Source of the DNA: a virus
Taxonomy: Duplodnaviria > Caudoviricetes
Reading direction: 5' to 3' (one strand)
IMG/VR virus record: IMGVR_UViG_3300047552_002926
Coordinates: 1-50,464 of that record
Length of the DNA stretch: 50,464 nt
In this document: one piece after another, positions 19,633 through 30,298 of the stretch
Numbering within the stretch: position 1 is the first letter of the stretch
Layout: every line of letters starts with the position of its first letter
Translations under genes and position numbers: made by a program
The notes under the pieces: generated by a model
Database searches by the model: none
Told to the model about the DNA's origin: nothing
What the model saw: the letters and a program-made list of their open reading frames with translations, nothing else

Positions 19633-20015
19633 TACGCACTCCCCTTGTCCAGTTTGCTCTTTAGGAAGGTTCCACCAAACGAAACAATCCAAGGCCAGCC
19701 GCCAGCAAGAATGCCAGCCACTAAGCGCGGATGAATCTCAGCGGATAGCTTGGCTGTTGCGTAGGCGGCGGCAGGCTCTGCGACTATCATTCCCAAAAAC
19801 AGCGAGATGATTAGGTTTGCAGCCGTTGCAAGCCGTGTTTCAGGCTTTGAGTAGGCGGTGACTACAACCATGCCGCCGATGCAAATTGCGGCCTGTATTG
19901 GGTCGATGTGGTAGCCAGTTGACGAAGCGACAACGGCACCAACAACAACCGAGGCCGCGAGTGATGGTTTAGCGCCGCCCAGAATCGACAGAGCCACTGA
20001 AAATTTCTTCCACAT
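19632..20015 (-). CDS. Putative holin
   Basis: Multi-TM protein with a basic C-terminus; in the lysis cluster. Confidence 0.55.
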   Translation of the reverse strand: MWKKFSVALSILGGAKPSLAASVVVGAVVASSTGYHIDPIQAAICIGGMVVVTAYSKPETRLATAANLIISLFLGMIVAEPAAAYATAKLSAEIHPRLVAGILAGGWPWIVSFGGTFLKSKLDKGSA

Positions 20016-20018
20016 GGG

Positions 20019-20549
20019 TCAGTCCTTCAAAATGAATTTGAGATTGAATGGCGCAACAACCTCTGCGGGGCTAGGCATGTTTGGCATTGATTCGGGGCGT
20101 ATCCAGCCTGCCCACTCAAGCCATCGAGCGGTGAATGTGGAGCAAACCAGAGATTTATCGCCATCGCCGCCGTTAGGAATACCAAGCGCGAGGCGCAAAC
20201 CGATGCGCACCAAGTCGAGGATGGGATAGCTGATTGGGTTTGATGTCGCCATGTCGAACGTGTCTTGCATGGCCTTGAGTGGCACGGGGCATTCATAGAC
20301 ATGAAGCGCGGCTGCTTTGGCAACGATCTGAGACATGGGGCGAAGCACGTTGTGCATTCCATCCATCTCGACTGAGTACAAGCGCCCTTCCACCCACCAT
20401 GCGGTGCATGTGTGCGTGATGTTTCGCGTCTCTATGGGTAATCCAGCAATGCGCTGGCCGATACGAACCAAAAATGCCAGCGGAGTATTGAACTCAACGC
20501 CGATTGGGTCGCCTGAATTGATTAGGCTTCTCGCCTCTGCGTAGTTCAT
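20019..20549 (-). CDS. Permuted papain-like (YiiX/NlpC-P60-type) protein
   Basis: His (ITHTC) precedes Cys (LVCSTF), the circularly permuted arrangement. Confidence 0.55.
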   Translation of the reverse strand: MNYAEARSLINSGDPIGVEFNTPLAFLVRIGQRIAGLPIETRNITHTCTAWWVEGRLYSVEMDGMHNVLRPMSQIVAKAAALHVYECPVPLKAMQDTFDMATSNPISYPILDLVRIGLRLALGIPNGGDGDKSLVCSTFTARWLEWAGWIRPESMPNMPSPAEVVAPFNLKFILKD

Positions 20550-20809
20550 TTTTTAACCCCAAAGAATCGTTGAATGTGATGCCAATTAGCCTCTACGAGT
20601 AGCGCCCAAAAGAATCCCAGAGTTGAGTACATTGCCACCGCTTTTGTGAGCGACCACATATCTGTAACTTGGTAGGCTCCGCTTGTAGAGCCCACAAAAG
20701 GAATGGTGATGAAGCCGCACAGCCGAGCTGGAACGCTTGAAACAAAGGCTCTGTAAATAATCTTTGGCCTAGACCCAAAGAGCGTTGCAATTCGATATTT
20801 CATATGCAT
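20546..20809 (-). CDS. Small membrane protein
   Basis: Two hydrophobic segments; overlaps the start of the downstream gene. Confidence 0.4.
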   Translation of the reverse strand: MHMKYRIATLFGSRPKIIYRAFVSSVPARLCGFITIPFVGSTSGAYQVTDMWSLTKAVAMYSTLGFFWALLVEANWHHIQRFFGVKK

Positions 20810-20882
20810 GCTTCAGGCCATCCTTTGTAATTTTTAGCCTCATATTTTTTTATCTATCTTTTACTTACAAGCCTCACTAAAG

Positions 20883-21209
20883 TTAATTTTTCATATCGCG
20901 ACGAATTTGATCGGTACGAATAATTGCAGTAATGCCCATAAGTAATTCTTGAATTGATGTTGTTTGACCTTCAATAGGCTCACCCGTAGATGGATTTACT
21001 AGTTGAATGCGGCCATCAAATTCATGCGAATTTATTTCCAAGTTAAATGGAGTGGCTTCGCTATCAAGAAATCTAACTTGCCCATCAAGCACGGCTGCAC
21101 TTCGTTCTGTATAAATTACAGTCGGCAAGCCACTTGCAGGATATTGGATTTCAATACGCTCAATACGCTTATAGACTTTATGATCTCTGGTGTCGTAGTT
21201 GCTTGTCAT
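20883..21209 (-). CDS. Hypothetical protein
   Basis: 108-aa ORF in the operon orientation with AT-rich flanks. Confidence 0.6.
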   Translation of the reverse strand: MTSNYDTRDHKVYKRIERIEIQYPASGLPTVIYTERSAAVLDGQVRFLDSEATPFNLEINSHEFDGRIQLVNPSTGEPIEGQTTSIQELLMGITAIIRTDQIRRDMKN

Positions 21210-21263
21210 ATTTACTCTTTCAAATTTTTAATTTATTGATTTGTCACTATTGATGGAGGCCGA

Positions 21264-23384
21264 TCACACTCCGCGCGACAACTTGACCTTTACTTGACCC
21301 GCTGCAACGGCAGTAGTGTCAGTATCTGCAACACCACCTGTGATTGCTAATCCAAGCCCAAGCACAAATCGATATCCCATGAATCCTTGTGCAATTTCAA
21401 CTACACCAGGCACCCCAGCAACTGCGGCAGGAACAGGAATGATCATTTCAGGAATATCAGTACCTACGATTGGTGCTGTAGCTTTGTTGTAGAGCTTTAC
21501 GTAGGCTATAGATGCACCCATGTTGCTTGCATAAAATGCCTGCAATCCACTGGTCGTAGCTGCTACGAGAGTTCCATTTGTAGTGGCTGCTGAGTTCAAA
21601 AAGTACGGGGTTTGTGGGATTGCTGGATATACAGTTCCCGCTGTTGTTAAAGACCAAGCCCCACCTTGAGTGACCGCACTAGCGCCGCCCTGAATGCTCA
21701 CTGGCAATGCCTGTGCAACATCACCCGTTGGCCGAGCCATGATCTCAACACGCGAGCGCTCAAATGCAAGTGCACGAACGTAGCTCACGCGCAAGTCAGT
21801 ACGTTTTAGGACGGAGCCGCCGCAATTGGTGGTCACCATGTTTGATGGCGGAGCCCATCCAACCGGTTCAAGCTCTAGGCCGGTAGTAACAATATTCCGA
21901 ATGCGCCAAGCACCATCAATCCCAAGAGCGCTTCCATCAATGATGTTACGAATGCCAATCGTGTTTACAAGATCACCAATTTGCAAAGCCGCCCACGCAG
22001 CGCTTCCAGTTAGCTTAAGCACACTAGATGTAATCGATGCACTTTGAATAACTTGACCAAGTGAGCCCGCAGCTGCATACAAGTTGCCAGCATTCACGCG
22101 CATCAAGAATCCACCATAACTAGTTGCTGTAGCCGCGCCGCCCCAAACTACCGTAATTGACGTCGAGTTAACGATTGAGGATATTGCTGTAACCACGCCC
22201 AAGTTAGGGAAATTTACCGTATCTCGTACTCCATATGCGGCAATTTGATCTGAGGTTTTCAGCCCATGAGGGCGATCAAAGTTGACAGTTGCTGTGGTGG
22301 TACCTGTTTTAACGACACTGACAATTTGACCCACTGGGATGCCGAACGATTTGTTGTTTGTCGCACGAATGCGGATTTTGTAAAGCTTGTCGGGGTTTGG
22401 AACTACTTGCGTGCGCTTACTTCGGCTGGTAGATGCAGTCAATGTGTCAACGGGCATATCAGACCACTGAACCGCATCGACAAAGGCGGTGAGCTTGAAT
22501 TCGGATGTGGGCTGAAACGCATAGGTTAGTGCCGCATTCACGGCCTGCACGGATGCCGTGGTAGCAATAGTCGTCGAATGTGCCCCGACCAGCGTACCGC
22601 TCGGCAGCGCATCGCCGCTTTCGCCGCGCACGTAGAAGCTGGCATTGGTAGCAATAGCATTCTCAAAAATCATCGATGCGCCATCGGTCGCCAAACCAAG
22701 GGCCGAGCGCTGGAAAATTGCGCCGCTCGTAAAAGGGCCAGCAGTTACCGCCGGAAGGTTCCCAGCAGGCCCTGCTGTAGCCGTGATCTGCTTTTCAGTG
22801 GGTGCAGTAGCAACAACAAGCGCTGGGTAATTCATTCGGCTGTCCGCACATCCGACTACCCCAAATCTCATGCCGGGCTTCAGGCCGTGAGGTGCTAATG
22901 TGTTCACAGTCAGCACTGCTGCGGTTTGCGAGATTGATGCAATAGATGCGTCGGGCTCTTCAACCATCGGCGCATCCGTGGAAACCATTTCCACTGCAAT
23001 TTCTTGGCCCACCATCCGTTGACTCATGTGCAAGCCAAACGCCGCCTCAATCGGCATTTCAAATGCAGCGCGCGTTTCGATGGATGTAATGGTGCCAGCG
23101 GCGAGCGGGTCAAGGCTAATAACTAGGTAGCTGGCACCTGCCGCATTTCCATCAACAAAAACAAGGTCTCCGCTTGATTTGTCCATGGACCAAACATCGG
23201 TCGTGTCTAGCGCCTGAAAAGCCTCGCGAAACTTTGTCGTGAAGTTGGTAGACGGGGACGCGCCACCGCCTGAACTGCCGCCGATTGAGTCGCCAGAAAG
23301 GCCAACAACGGAAACGACTTCACGGAATACGGGGTTGCCGTTCGCATCGGTACCGATTACGGTATGCATTGGAATTTGTGTCAT
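21264..23384 (-). CDS. Large beta-rich putative virion fibre/decoration protein
   Basis: 706 aa, Ala/Thr/Gly/Val-rich, repeated xPHGLK.GD-like modules; directly after the head-tail connector. Confidence 0.6.
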   Translation of the reverse strand: MTQIPMHTVIGTDANGNPVFREVVSVVGLSGDSIGGSSGGGASPSTNFTTKFREAFQALDTTDVWSMDKSSGDLVFVDGNAAGASYLVISLDPLAAGTITSIETRAAFEMPIEAAFGLHMSQRMVGQEIAVEMVSTDAPMVEEPDASIASISQTAAVLTVNTLAPHGLKPGMRFGVVGCADSRMNYPALVVATAPTEKQITATAGPAGNLPAVTAGPFTSGAIFQRSALGLATDGASMIFENAIATNASFYVRGESGDALPSGTLVGAHSTTIATTASVQAVNAALTYAFQPTSEFKLTAFVDAVQWSDMPVDTLTASTSRSKRTQVVPNPDKLYKIRIRATNNKSFGIPVGQIVSVVKTGTTTATVNFDRPHGLKTSDQIAAYGVRDTVNFPNLGVVTAISSIVNSTSITVVWGGAATATSYGGFLMRVNAGNLYAAAGSLGQVIQSASITSSVLKLTGSAAWAALQIGDLVNTIGIRNIIDGSALGIDGAWRIRNIVTTGLELEPVGWAPPSNMVTTNCGGSVLKRTDLRVSYVRALAFERSRVEIMARPTGDVAQALPVSIQGGASAVTQGGAWSLTTAGTVYPAIPQTPYFLNSAATTNGTLVAATTSGLQAFYASNMGASIAYVKLYNKATAPIVGTDIPEMIIPVPAAVAGVPGVVEIAQGFMGYRFVLGLGLAITGGVADTDTTAVAAGQVKVKLSRGV

Positions 23385-23399
23385 TCAGGCCTCGGCTTT

Positions 23400-24089
23400 T
23401 TAAAATCTTGGGGAAACAGTTATTGGGTCAAGCAGCGTGTCGACGTAACTCGCTGGCATTTCGATTGCGGCAGTCTTGCCAATCAGGAACATTTCTCGGT
23501 TTTCATAAGCCCAACCACAGGCCAGCAATATCCAGTGGATAACGCTTGGGAAAAATGACGCAAAGTCATCGGGCAGCATTCCTGCTCGATAAATGATGGT
23601 CACAGCATTGGCAACGTCTGCGGTATGAGGCCAGTACGCACCAGCACTCAGGCTCAGTTCGACGTTTGCAGAATCGACCACCACGATGTTGAGCTTTGAC
23701 ACATCAAGCGTTTGGGTTACGCCCTGCGCGTCGATGTAGGTCACGGAATCAACCGAATTGATCAGGCCGTGGGCAAACTTGATCGGTAGGCTCTTGCTTG
23801 CTCGGCTAAACGGAGCAAAGGACAATGCACCACTCACTCGGTCACGTTCGTGGCGAGGGAATGCCGACAGAGTTTGTTTGTATCTAGCGGGACGGATTGC
23901 AGAGCCGCTTTTTCTCTCTGCCAATTGACGAGCCGATGGAATGATCACCGACTCGATGAATGCTGAATCACCCGCATCAGACTCAATACGGAGATGGGAC
24001 AGCACTGTTTCGAGCGAAACTGGCTCAAAAGTAGCGCTAACGCCAGAGCCGAAATCAGCTTGCGTGAGGTAATTCAGCAGGACGGCCAT
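23400..24089 (-). CDS. Head-tail connector (gp6-like)
   Basis: EPVSLETVLSHLRI and WILLACGWAYENRE motifs. Confidence 0.85.
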   Translation of the reverse strand: MAVLLNYLTQADFGSGVSATFEPVSLETVLSHLRIESDAGDSAFIESVIIPSARQLAERKSGSAIRPARYKQTLSAFPRHERDRVSGALSFAPFSRASKSLPIKFAHGLINSVDSVTYIDAQGVTQTLDVSKLNIVVVDSANVELSLSAGAYWPHTADVANAVTIIYRAGMLPDDFASFFPSVIHWILLACGWAYENREMFLIGKTAAIEMPASYVDTLLDPITVSPRF

Positions 24090-24358
24090 TACTTACCTTG
24101 ATTAGCGTTTTGAGCGGCTTGATTAGCTACTTGCTCGGCAGCTGCTTGTTCGGCAGCTAACTTGTCTTCGTCAGCTTTTTGTGCGGCAGCAGCGGCAGCA
24201 GCTTGCTCAAGTTCTTTCTTGCTCAGTTTTGGCAGTTTGAAATCAAAGATTTCAGCGTGACCACTTTCAACCAGCGCATCAGCAACCGCATCTTCAAAAC
24301 CAGCTTCTTCAGTTGGATTCAAACCATGTGTGTGCTTCAAAATTCGGACGTGTTTCAT
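24089..24358 (-). CDS. Small head-associated hypothetical protein
   Basis: Follows the major capsid gene; A.ALVESGHAE motif and Ala-rich tail. Confidence 0.6.
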   Translation of the reverse strand: MKHVRILKHTHGLNPTEEAGFEDAVADALVESGHAEIFDFKLPKLSKKELEQAAAAAAAQKADEDKLAAEQAAAEQVANQAAQNANQGK

Positions 24359-24436
24359 TTGGGATTCCCTGTTTCACAAAAAGAAAGGCGGGGCAACTTG
24401 TAAAGCGCCCCGCCCGTTTCAATCACTCAGAGGTGA

Positions 24437-25765
24437 TTAGCGATACCAAGTGATGCCGTTCAACACAGCAATGGCTTCGGCATGGCGTGGGCCGAAATCG
24501 TTTTCTGTGATGACGCGAATCAATGTTTCGTCGCGCTGGAACGCATTGACAGAAATGCCGCCAACTGTGTAGGTTGCTTCGGTAGACACTGCGACTTGCA
24601 TGCTCATCGACTCACCGATCACCATCTGAGCGAAGTCGACAAAGTACAGCTCAGAGCCGTTACCAGCAGCGCCAGAACCAGACAATGTCAAGTTGGTTGG
24701 GATTTGAGTGGTCACACCGATTGGGAAGCCGCGGAACTTGCCATCTGACAATTCAGGGAAGACCTTTACACCAGTTGTGGTGATCAAGTCAGACAGGAAC
24801 TGGAAGGTGTCAGGGTGCATCAACCAGCCAGCATTCGTCAACTTCACATTGGCACGGCGCAAAGCCAAGATTGCCTTGCCAGCATCAGCTGTGATTGCTT
24901 GAATAAGCGCAGCGCCTGTCAATAAGCTCACGTTTGTTGCCGTGATCAAGTTGGCAGCTGGCAACCAAGTACGCAAGCCTGTGGGTGTATTGTTTGTGCC
25001 ATCACCACGGATGAATGCTTGGTCTTCGGCGGTTGCCATGCTTACTGCGGTGTCTTCAACGATCAACGAATCAACACGCTGGTCAGTACCAGCGAAGCGA
25101 ATCAAGTCATTAGAAATTGGCACTAAGGCGGCCAATTTTTTGGCGGTCAACTGAACGCCGCCAAAGGTATTCTGGCTCACGGTTGCATCAGCTTCACGAC
25201 CAATGTAACCAGCAGATGCGCCGCCTGAAATGCTTGGCAGTTTCAAATTGCCGTTATTCAAAGGCAAAGTCAAAGCGCCCATCGAACGGACGACAGCATT
25301 TGGTGTCAAGCGCTCGATCACCGAAGATGCGGTATTGGCAGGAACCAAGATCGCACCACCAGTAGAGCTGCTTGAGTTCAATGACATGGACACTTCGTTA
25401 CCGATAGCGCCCAAGTTTTTCTTGGCGTACTCAGCGGCTGCGTATGGATTGCCGGGGAATTTCACCAAAGAACCAACCATGCCAGCGAAGATGCTCTTGT
25501 TGTGTTCTTTTTCAGCTTTGTGGTCACGAGCAACGGCATGATGTACAGATGAAACTGGCGCGGTCTGAGCGGCAACAACAGCGCTTGCAGCTTCTGCTTG
25601 CAATTTCTCTAATGTAGAGATTTGGCCTTTCAAGACTTCAATTTTTGCCAACATGCCTTCGGCAGCGGTGAAATCTTCGGCGGTTGCATCGGTCTTGCCG
25701 ATAAGTTGGTTGGCGGCGGCGGTAAGTTGTGCGCGTTCGCTTTTCAAGTCAGATAACTTCATCAT
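24437..25765 (-). CDS. Major capsid protein, HK97 fold
   Basis: N-terminal coiled-coil delta domain; GGAILVP, AKKLAALVPISNDL, EDQAFIRGDG and NAFQRD motifs. Confidence 0.95.
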   Translation of the reverse strand: MMKLSDLKSERAQLTAAANQLIGKTDATAEDFTAAEGMLAKIEVLKGQISTLEKLQAEAASAVVAAQTAPVSSVHHAVARDHKAEKEHNKSIFAGMVGSLVKFPGNPYAAAEYAKKNLGAIGNEVSMSLNSSSSTGGAILVPANTASSVIERLTPNAVVRSMGALTLPLNNGNLKLPSISGGASAGYIGREADATVSQNTFGGVQLTAKKLAALVPISNDLIRFAGTDQRVDSLIVEDTAVSMATAEDQAFIRGDGTNNTPTGLRTWLPAANLITATNVSLLTGAALIQAITADAGKAILALRRANVKLTNAGWLMHPDTFQFLSDLITTTGVKVFPELSDGKFRGFPIGVTTQIPTNLTLSGSGAAGNGSELYFVDFAQMVIGESMSMQVAVSTEATYTVGGISVNAFQRDETLIRVITENDFGPRHAEAIAVLNGITWYR

Positions 25766-25888
25766 TTTTCCTTGTGGAAATAAAAAAACCGCCTAGAGAG
25801 GCGGCAACTGCTTTTCTGTGCGAACGCACCAAAAAGTTAGGGACGAAAAAAAACCACCCGAAGGTGGCTAGTTCTCTGTGTTTGGTAG

Positions 25889-26806
25889 TTACGAAACTTC
25901 TACGAGTTTCGATTTGGCTTTCATTCGACGTTGCATCAGCGGGTCGAATAAGGCTGGCTTCGGTTGCGCATCAAACACACGCTGAATTGCTTGTGATGGC
26001 GTTTCCAATGTATCTGCGAGGCCAGCATTGATTGCTGATTGACCGTAAAAGCACTTAGCCTGAGTTGCCACGACTGCATCAACGCTCAAGTTACGAGCCT
26101 TTGCAACAAAGCCAGTGAACATTGCATAGAACATGTCGAGCTGCGCGTTGAACTCTGCCAGTGCGGGTTCGCTCAATGGGTCTGAGGGGTTGCCATCTGC
26201 TTTGTTGTCGCCACGAGTGAGGGTCGTTACCTTAATGCCCTCTTCGTCAAGCATCTTGGAATAATCCATGTGCTGCATCAAGACACCAATCGAGCCAACA
26301 CCATCGGTATCGCTAACGCTGATCGTGTCGCAAGCGCAAGCGATCAGGTAGCCAGCGCTGTAGGCCGAGTGGTTGACGATTGCTTGGATTGGCTTCACGC
26401 CTCGATTTGCGTAGATCAAATTAGCCAAATCGAAAGCGCCAGCAACTGAGCCGCCTGGTGTATCTAGGTCAAAAACGATAGACAAACAGGCGGGGTCATT
26501 GATTGCGGCTGTAAATTGCTGTGCGATTGACTCGTATGCAGTCATTCGGCTACACATTTGCAAGTTGCCAGTACGTGCAACCAATGGGCCATACACAGCG
26601 ATGTTGGCAATTCCACCAGCGTAACCACTGCCTTCATCTGATTCGTCACCGTCATCATCATCAAACACGCCCATTTGAGCCTTGCTGAAACCAGCAACAT
26701 TCAAACCAAGGTGGATTTTGGCAAAAACAACAGCGTCGAACATCAGCGCGGGTGTCGCAAGCATGGGCTTGTTGAAAATCTCGCCCATGATGTGTTGATA
26801 TTTCAT
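25889..26806 (-). CDS. Head maturation protease, S49 family
   Basis: DLDTPGGSV, AYSAGYLIA and GVGSIGV motifs. Confidence 0.92.
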   Translation of the reverse strand: MKYQHIMGEIFNKPMLATPALMFDAVVFAKIHLGLNVAGFSKAQMGVFDDDDGDESDEGSGYAGGIANIAVYGPLVARTGNLQMCSRMTAYESIAQQFTAAINDPACLSIVFDLDTPGGSVAGAFDLANLIYANRGVKPIQAIVNHSAYSAGYLIACACDTISVSDTDGVGSIGVLMQHMDYSKMLDEEGIKVTTLTRGDNKADGNPSDPLSEPALAEFNAQLDMFYAMFTGFVAKARNLSVDAVVATQAKCFYGQSAINAGLADTLETPSQAIQRVFDAQPKPALFDPLMQRRMKAKSKLVEVS

Positions 26807-28056
26807 TGGTCACTTTCTTTCTTTGGTGCTGGACGTAGCCCGATTGGTGCGCCCGTTTTACCGTCTGCCATGTTGAGTGGCACAAGGTACTGATTTCCAC
26901 CATCTACAGGCGGTTCATCTATCTTTTTACGAATGTCGTTGGTACTCAAGAATCCCCATTGCTTTCCAAGCGCGTAGGACTCATATCGACTTTTCAGATC
27001 ACCGCGAATCAAGCCTGACACGTCAAACTTCACGTAGACACCTGATTTGCGCTCATCCATCGTGAGCAGATCGCGCTCAATGGCCTCTTCGTGCCTTTTA
27101 ATCCAAGGCATCAAGCCATAGCTGACAAACTCAATTGCTAGTTGTTCTGTGTTTGCTTTGACTTGTGAAGACTCGCCAAGCATGTGAGCAGGGACACCAA
27201 AGATTCGAGCAACGTCACGAACTCCCCACCCTCTCGTGAGAATCAGCTCGGCGTCTTCATTCGACATTGACAAAGGTGAAAACTTACCGCCGCCAGCAAG
27301 AACCGCAACGCTTCCGGCATTGGACGAGCCGGAGTGCATGTCTCGCCAGTCGTTTTTAATCTTCTTGAGCGTCTCTTCATCTGTGATCTTTTGCGGGTAT
27401 TCCAAAATACCACTCAACTTCGTGCCATTGCCAAACACTGAGCTGGAATGTTCCTCCACCGCTGCGACCAATCCAATAGCCTCTGCGTGAAGTGAAATTG
27501 GCGACAAACCCGCATAACCGTTATCCGAGATCCATCGAACGTGGTGAATGTCGTTTGCTGAATACATGCCCTGAAACTGGTCAACAGTTGAATGCAAGAC
27601 ACGGTAGTAAGGCATCCGGTCAATCGGGCTGACCATGATCTGCACTCGATCTGGGTGCAGCGGGTGCAATTCTTTGACTTGGTATTTCTTGTCACGGATG
27701 ATCAGGAAGAACGCATTACCGCGAAGCCCCAAGCTGATCTGCTTGAACTCGTTGAACTCAAACGGGGTCATCCAACCGTTAGGCGCGTAGTTAAGCAGCG
27801 CCGAAACAGGGTGATCATTCAAAGGCTCGATTGAATCACCAGCGCCTCGCTTGTAGACACCACAAGGAAGCTGTGCGAATGACTCAGCCAAGATCGACAC
27901 GGCACGTTGAACCGCCGTGATTGCCAGAGCAGATGAGGGTGTGACGTTAATTCCTGCGCGGGTTCGGTTTCCTGTTGAGGAAAAAGCCCCCATCCAACCG
28001 CCCGTCCCTGCTGGTGACGTTGCACCACTGCCAGAAAACATGCCAGAGGTAAACAT
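26803..28056 (-). CDS. Portal protein, HK97 family
   Basis: LLNYAPNGWMT, LRGNAF, GLSPI and VARIFGVPAHMLG motifs. Confidence 0.95.
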   Translation of the reverse strand: MFTSGMFSGSGATSPAGTGGWMGAFSSTGNRTRAGINVTPSSALAITAVQRAVSILAESFAQLPCGVYKRGAGDSIEPLNDHPVSALLNYAPNGWMTPFEFNEFKQISLGLRGNAFFLIIRDKKYQVKELHPLHPDRVQIMVSPIDRMPYYRVLHSTVDQFQGMYSANDIHHVRWISDNGYAGLSPISLHAEAIGLVAAVEEHSSSVFGNGTKLSGILEYPQKITDEETLKKIKNDWRDMHSGSSNAGSVAVLAGGGKFSPLSMSNEDAELILTRGWGVRDVARIFGVPAHMLGESSQVKANTEQLAIEFVSYGLMPWIKRHEEAIERDLLTMDERKSGVYVKFDVSGLIRGDLKSRYESYALGKQWGFLSTNDIRKKIDEPPVDGGNQYLVPLNMADGKTGAPIGLRPAPKKESDQ

Positions 28057-28277
28057 TACGCTCGGCCTCCGTGGTTAGCGATTGATCGAGCAAACATTGC
28101 CGACCAGCCCATGAGCAAAATGCCAGCGACCATCAACGAGGCGGGAATGCTGACCAATGCAATGCCTGTCACCAGAGAAAAGAAGCCGATGATTCCTGCG
28201 GACATGGCTACGCCATCGGGCGTTTTTACTTTCGCCCAAAAAGCGCTACATGCCGACATAAACGAATTCCTCATCAT
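28056..28277 (-). CDS. Small two-TM protein between terminase and portal
   Basis: Hydrophobic; a common position in HK97-like phages. Confidence 0.55.
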   Translation of the reverse strand: MMRNSFMSACSAFWAKVKTPDGVAMSAGIIGFFSLVTGIALVSIPASLMVAGILLMGWSAMFARSIANHGGRA

Positions 28278-29847
28278 CTTCTTTCTCTTCTTTACCAGCT
28301 GCGCCGAGCGCCATAGCAAGCGCCACCATTCCATCAATGCGGCCTGTACTTTTTGATTTGGTGAGCTTTCTGTTGTCAGCGGCATCCTTCTCGGTCACGG
28401 CATTTGCCGCGCACATCGTTAGAGCTGGATTCATGCCGTGGGCGATTTGCTCGTTGAGCAATGCAATCTCAAGCGTGGTCAGCGCTGGCCCCATGTCTTT
28501 GAAGCCCTGACCAAATGGAACTAATGGCAACTCGATACCGAGCTTTTCCAGCTCTCGCTTAAATAGATCAATGCGCCACCTGTCGTAGCTGATCGCTACG
28601 ATGTTGCAGCCATCAATCGCATCAACAATGTCTTGCACGACATGCTCGTAATCAATTGCTGCACCTGCTGTCGTTTTGATATGGCCCTGTTTCACCCATA
28701 CGTCATAAGGCGCTCTGTCACGCTTCGATCTATCCTCTAGACCCTTTTCAGGAGTCCAGAAGTAGGCTCTAACGTGCCACCTACCCCGCCAAAACGCAGC
28801 CATCACGAATGAGGTCAAGTCGGTCTTGCCTGAAAGGTCGAGTCCCGCATAAACCTCGGCTTCGTAAAAAGCCTGTGGGTCTGGTTCGTGGCCATTCAGC
28901 AGCCACACCTCTTTGCTCACGAATGGTGCGATTGACTGAACACGCTGGTTTAGCTCAAGGTTTCTAAATGTCGCCTCGAATGAGGGCATCCGTTTTGCCT
29001 TGTCTGCCTGATCTTTGAAGACCGACAGGCTTTTGAACTTGCCGAGCGCTGGGTTTGAATAAATCCAGCTTTTCTCGTCCGTTAAATCTGCTTTTTCATC
29101 CGTTGTGTAAACGTGGGCAACAGTAGATTTGGGCTGATTCTTCTTTGCGTCATCAAGCCAGATGCTGAACATGTCGCCATCGTTTGCCGCCTGAACACTG
29201 ATTGCGATTAGCAACGGATGCTCATACAAGCTCTGGCTGGTTGTGATCGAGTCAACAAAGTCCGACTTGGGGCCGCGCACTTGGCCTGTTTCATCAAGAA
29301 TCGCCAACACAGGGCCTTTGCCGTGGTTGTTCTTCGCATCAGCACTCAGCGCCTTGTATTCGACGTTTTTTGACACGCCAATGATCTTGCTACCTGAGTC
29401 AACGATTCGACAAAGGCGACTTAGCGTCTCAGATTGACGAATCATCTTGGCTGCGTAGTTGAAAACTTCGGAAGCCTGTTCGCGGCTCAACGCACCAGAA
29501 ATGATGCGGGAGTTCATCACCGCCTCTGGCCCCGCCAAGTGAACTAGCAAGATGATCGCAATCGTTCCCGTCTTGGCATTTTTACGCGCCATCGACAGAT
29601 AGGCTTCTCGCGTGTGGTGCGGGTTGTCGTACACCGCATAGAAAAAAGCCTCTTGAAAAATATCAAGCCGAATAGGTTTCCCAACAAGCTCACCCTCTGG
29701 AACCAGAAGGTAAGTCTCGGAAAACTTCATCGCCCGTTCAGCACGGGTCAGACTTTTAACTTTTAACTTTCGCCAGTTTCTTACTTTTACCTTTGGGCCA
29801 GACCAGATTGCAGCCTCGACATGCTTAGGCAAGCAAGGCATCTTCAT
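28246..29847 (-). CDS. Terminase large subunit
   Basis: Walker A MARKNAKT, Walker B AILDE, nuclease GLDLS..DLT and RIDGMVA motifs. Confidence 0.96.
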   Translation of the reverse strand: MKMPCLPKHVEAAIWSGPKVKVRNWRKLKVKSLTRAERAMKFSETYLLVPEGELVGKPIRLDIFQEAFFYAVYDNPHHTREAYLSMARKNAKTGTIAIILLVHLAGPEAVMNSRIISGALSREQASEVFNYAAKMIRQSETLSRLCRIVDSGSKIIGVSKNVEYKALSADAKNNHGKGPVLAILDETGQVRGPKSDFVDSITTSQSLYEHPLLIAISVQAANDGDMFSIWLDDAKKNQPKSTVAHVYTTDEKADLTDEKSWIYSNPALGKFKSLSVFKDQADKAKRMPSFEATFRNLELNQRVQSIAPFVSKEVWLLNGHEPDPQAFYEAEVYAGLDLSGKTDLTSFVMAAFWRGRWHVRAYFWTPEKGLEDRSKRDRAPYDVWVKQGHIKTTAGAAIDYEHVVQDIVDAIDGCNIVAISYDRWRIDLFKRELEKLGIELPLVPFGQGFKDMGPALTTLEIALLNEQIAHGMNPALTMCAANAVTEKDAADNRKLTKSKSTGRIDGMVALAMALGAAGKEEKEDDEEFVYVGM

Positions 29848-30298
29848 CCTGTACTTGACCTTTGGCAGTCACGGCATCGTTGAATGTCCTGCGCCGATTG
29901 CCAACAACCCTTGAATCTGCCTTAGCGTTTGCATTCATGGTCAGCGCCCGAAAGGTTGCCAGTTGGGATTGCTTCAATTCGTTGATCGCCCGAAACCTTG
30001 GATTGGTCACCATCGTGCCCCTATCGTTTTCGACAATCGTTCCCTCGGTATCAAGCAAACCTTGCTCACGCTCGATGTCAGCCATGCAACGAGCGAGCTG
30101 TGCGGCCACTACCAAGTCAGCATCGCTCCACTCACTTCGCGCACGCGCGCGTAGCACATCATTCCAAAAGGGCAAATCTCCGTCTCTCAACTTGACGTGT
30201 TTAGGCACAGATGGCAGGTCAAGTGAAGCGTCCAGCATTGCCGAAATCGCGCCACTTGCCGTGTCAGATGCCCTAATTCGCTTTTGTTTTTGCTTCAT
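29825..30298 (-). CDS. Terminase small subunit (P27-like)
   Basis: EG.IVEN.RG..V.NP motif; directly upstream of TerL. Confidence 0.85.
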   Translation of the reverse strand: MKQKQKRIRASDTASGAISAMLDASLDLPSVPKHVKLRDGDLPFWNDVLRARARSEWSDADLVVAAQLARCMADIEREQGLLDTEGTIVENDRGTMVTNPRFRAINELKQSQLATFRALTMNANAKADSRVVGNRRRTFNDAVTAKGQVQDEDALLA

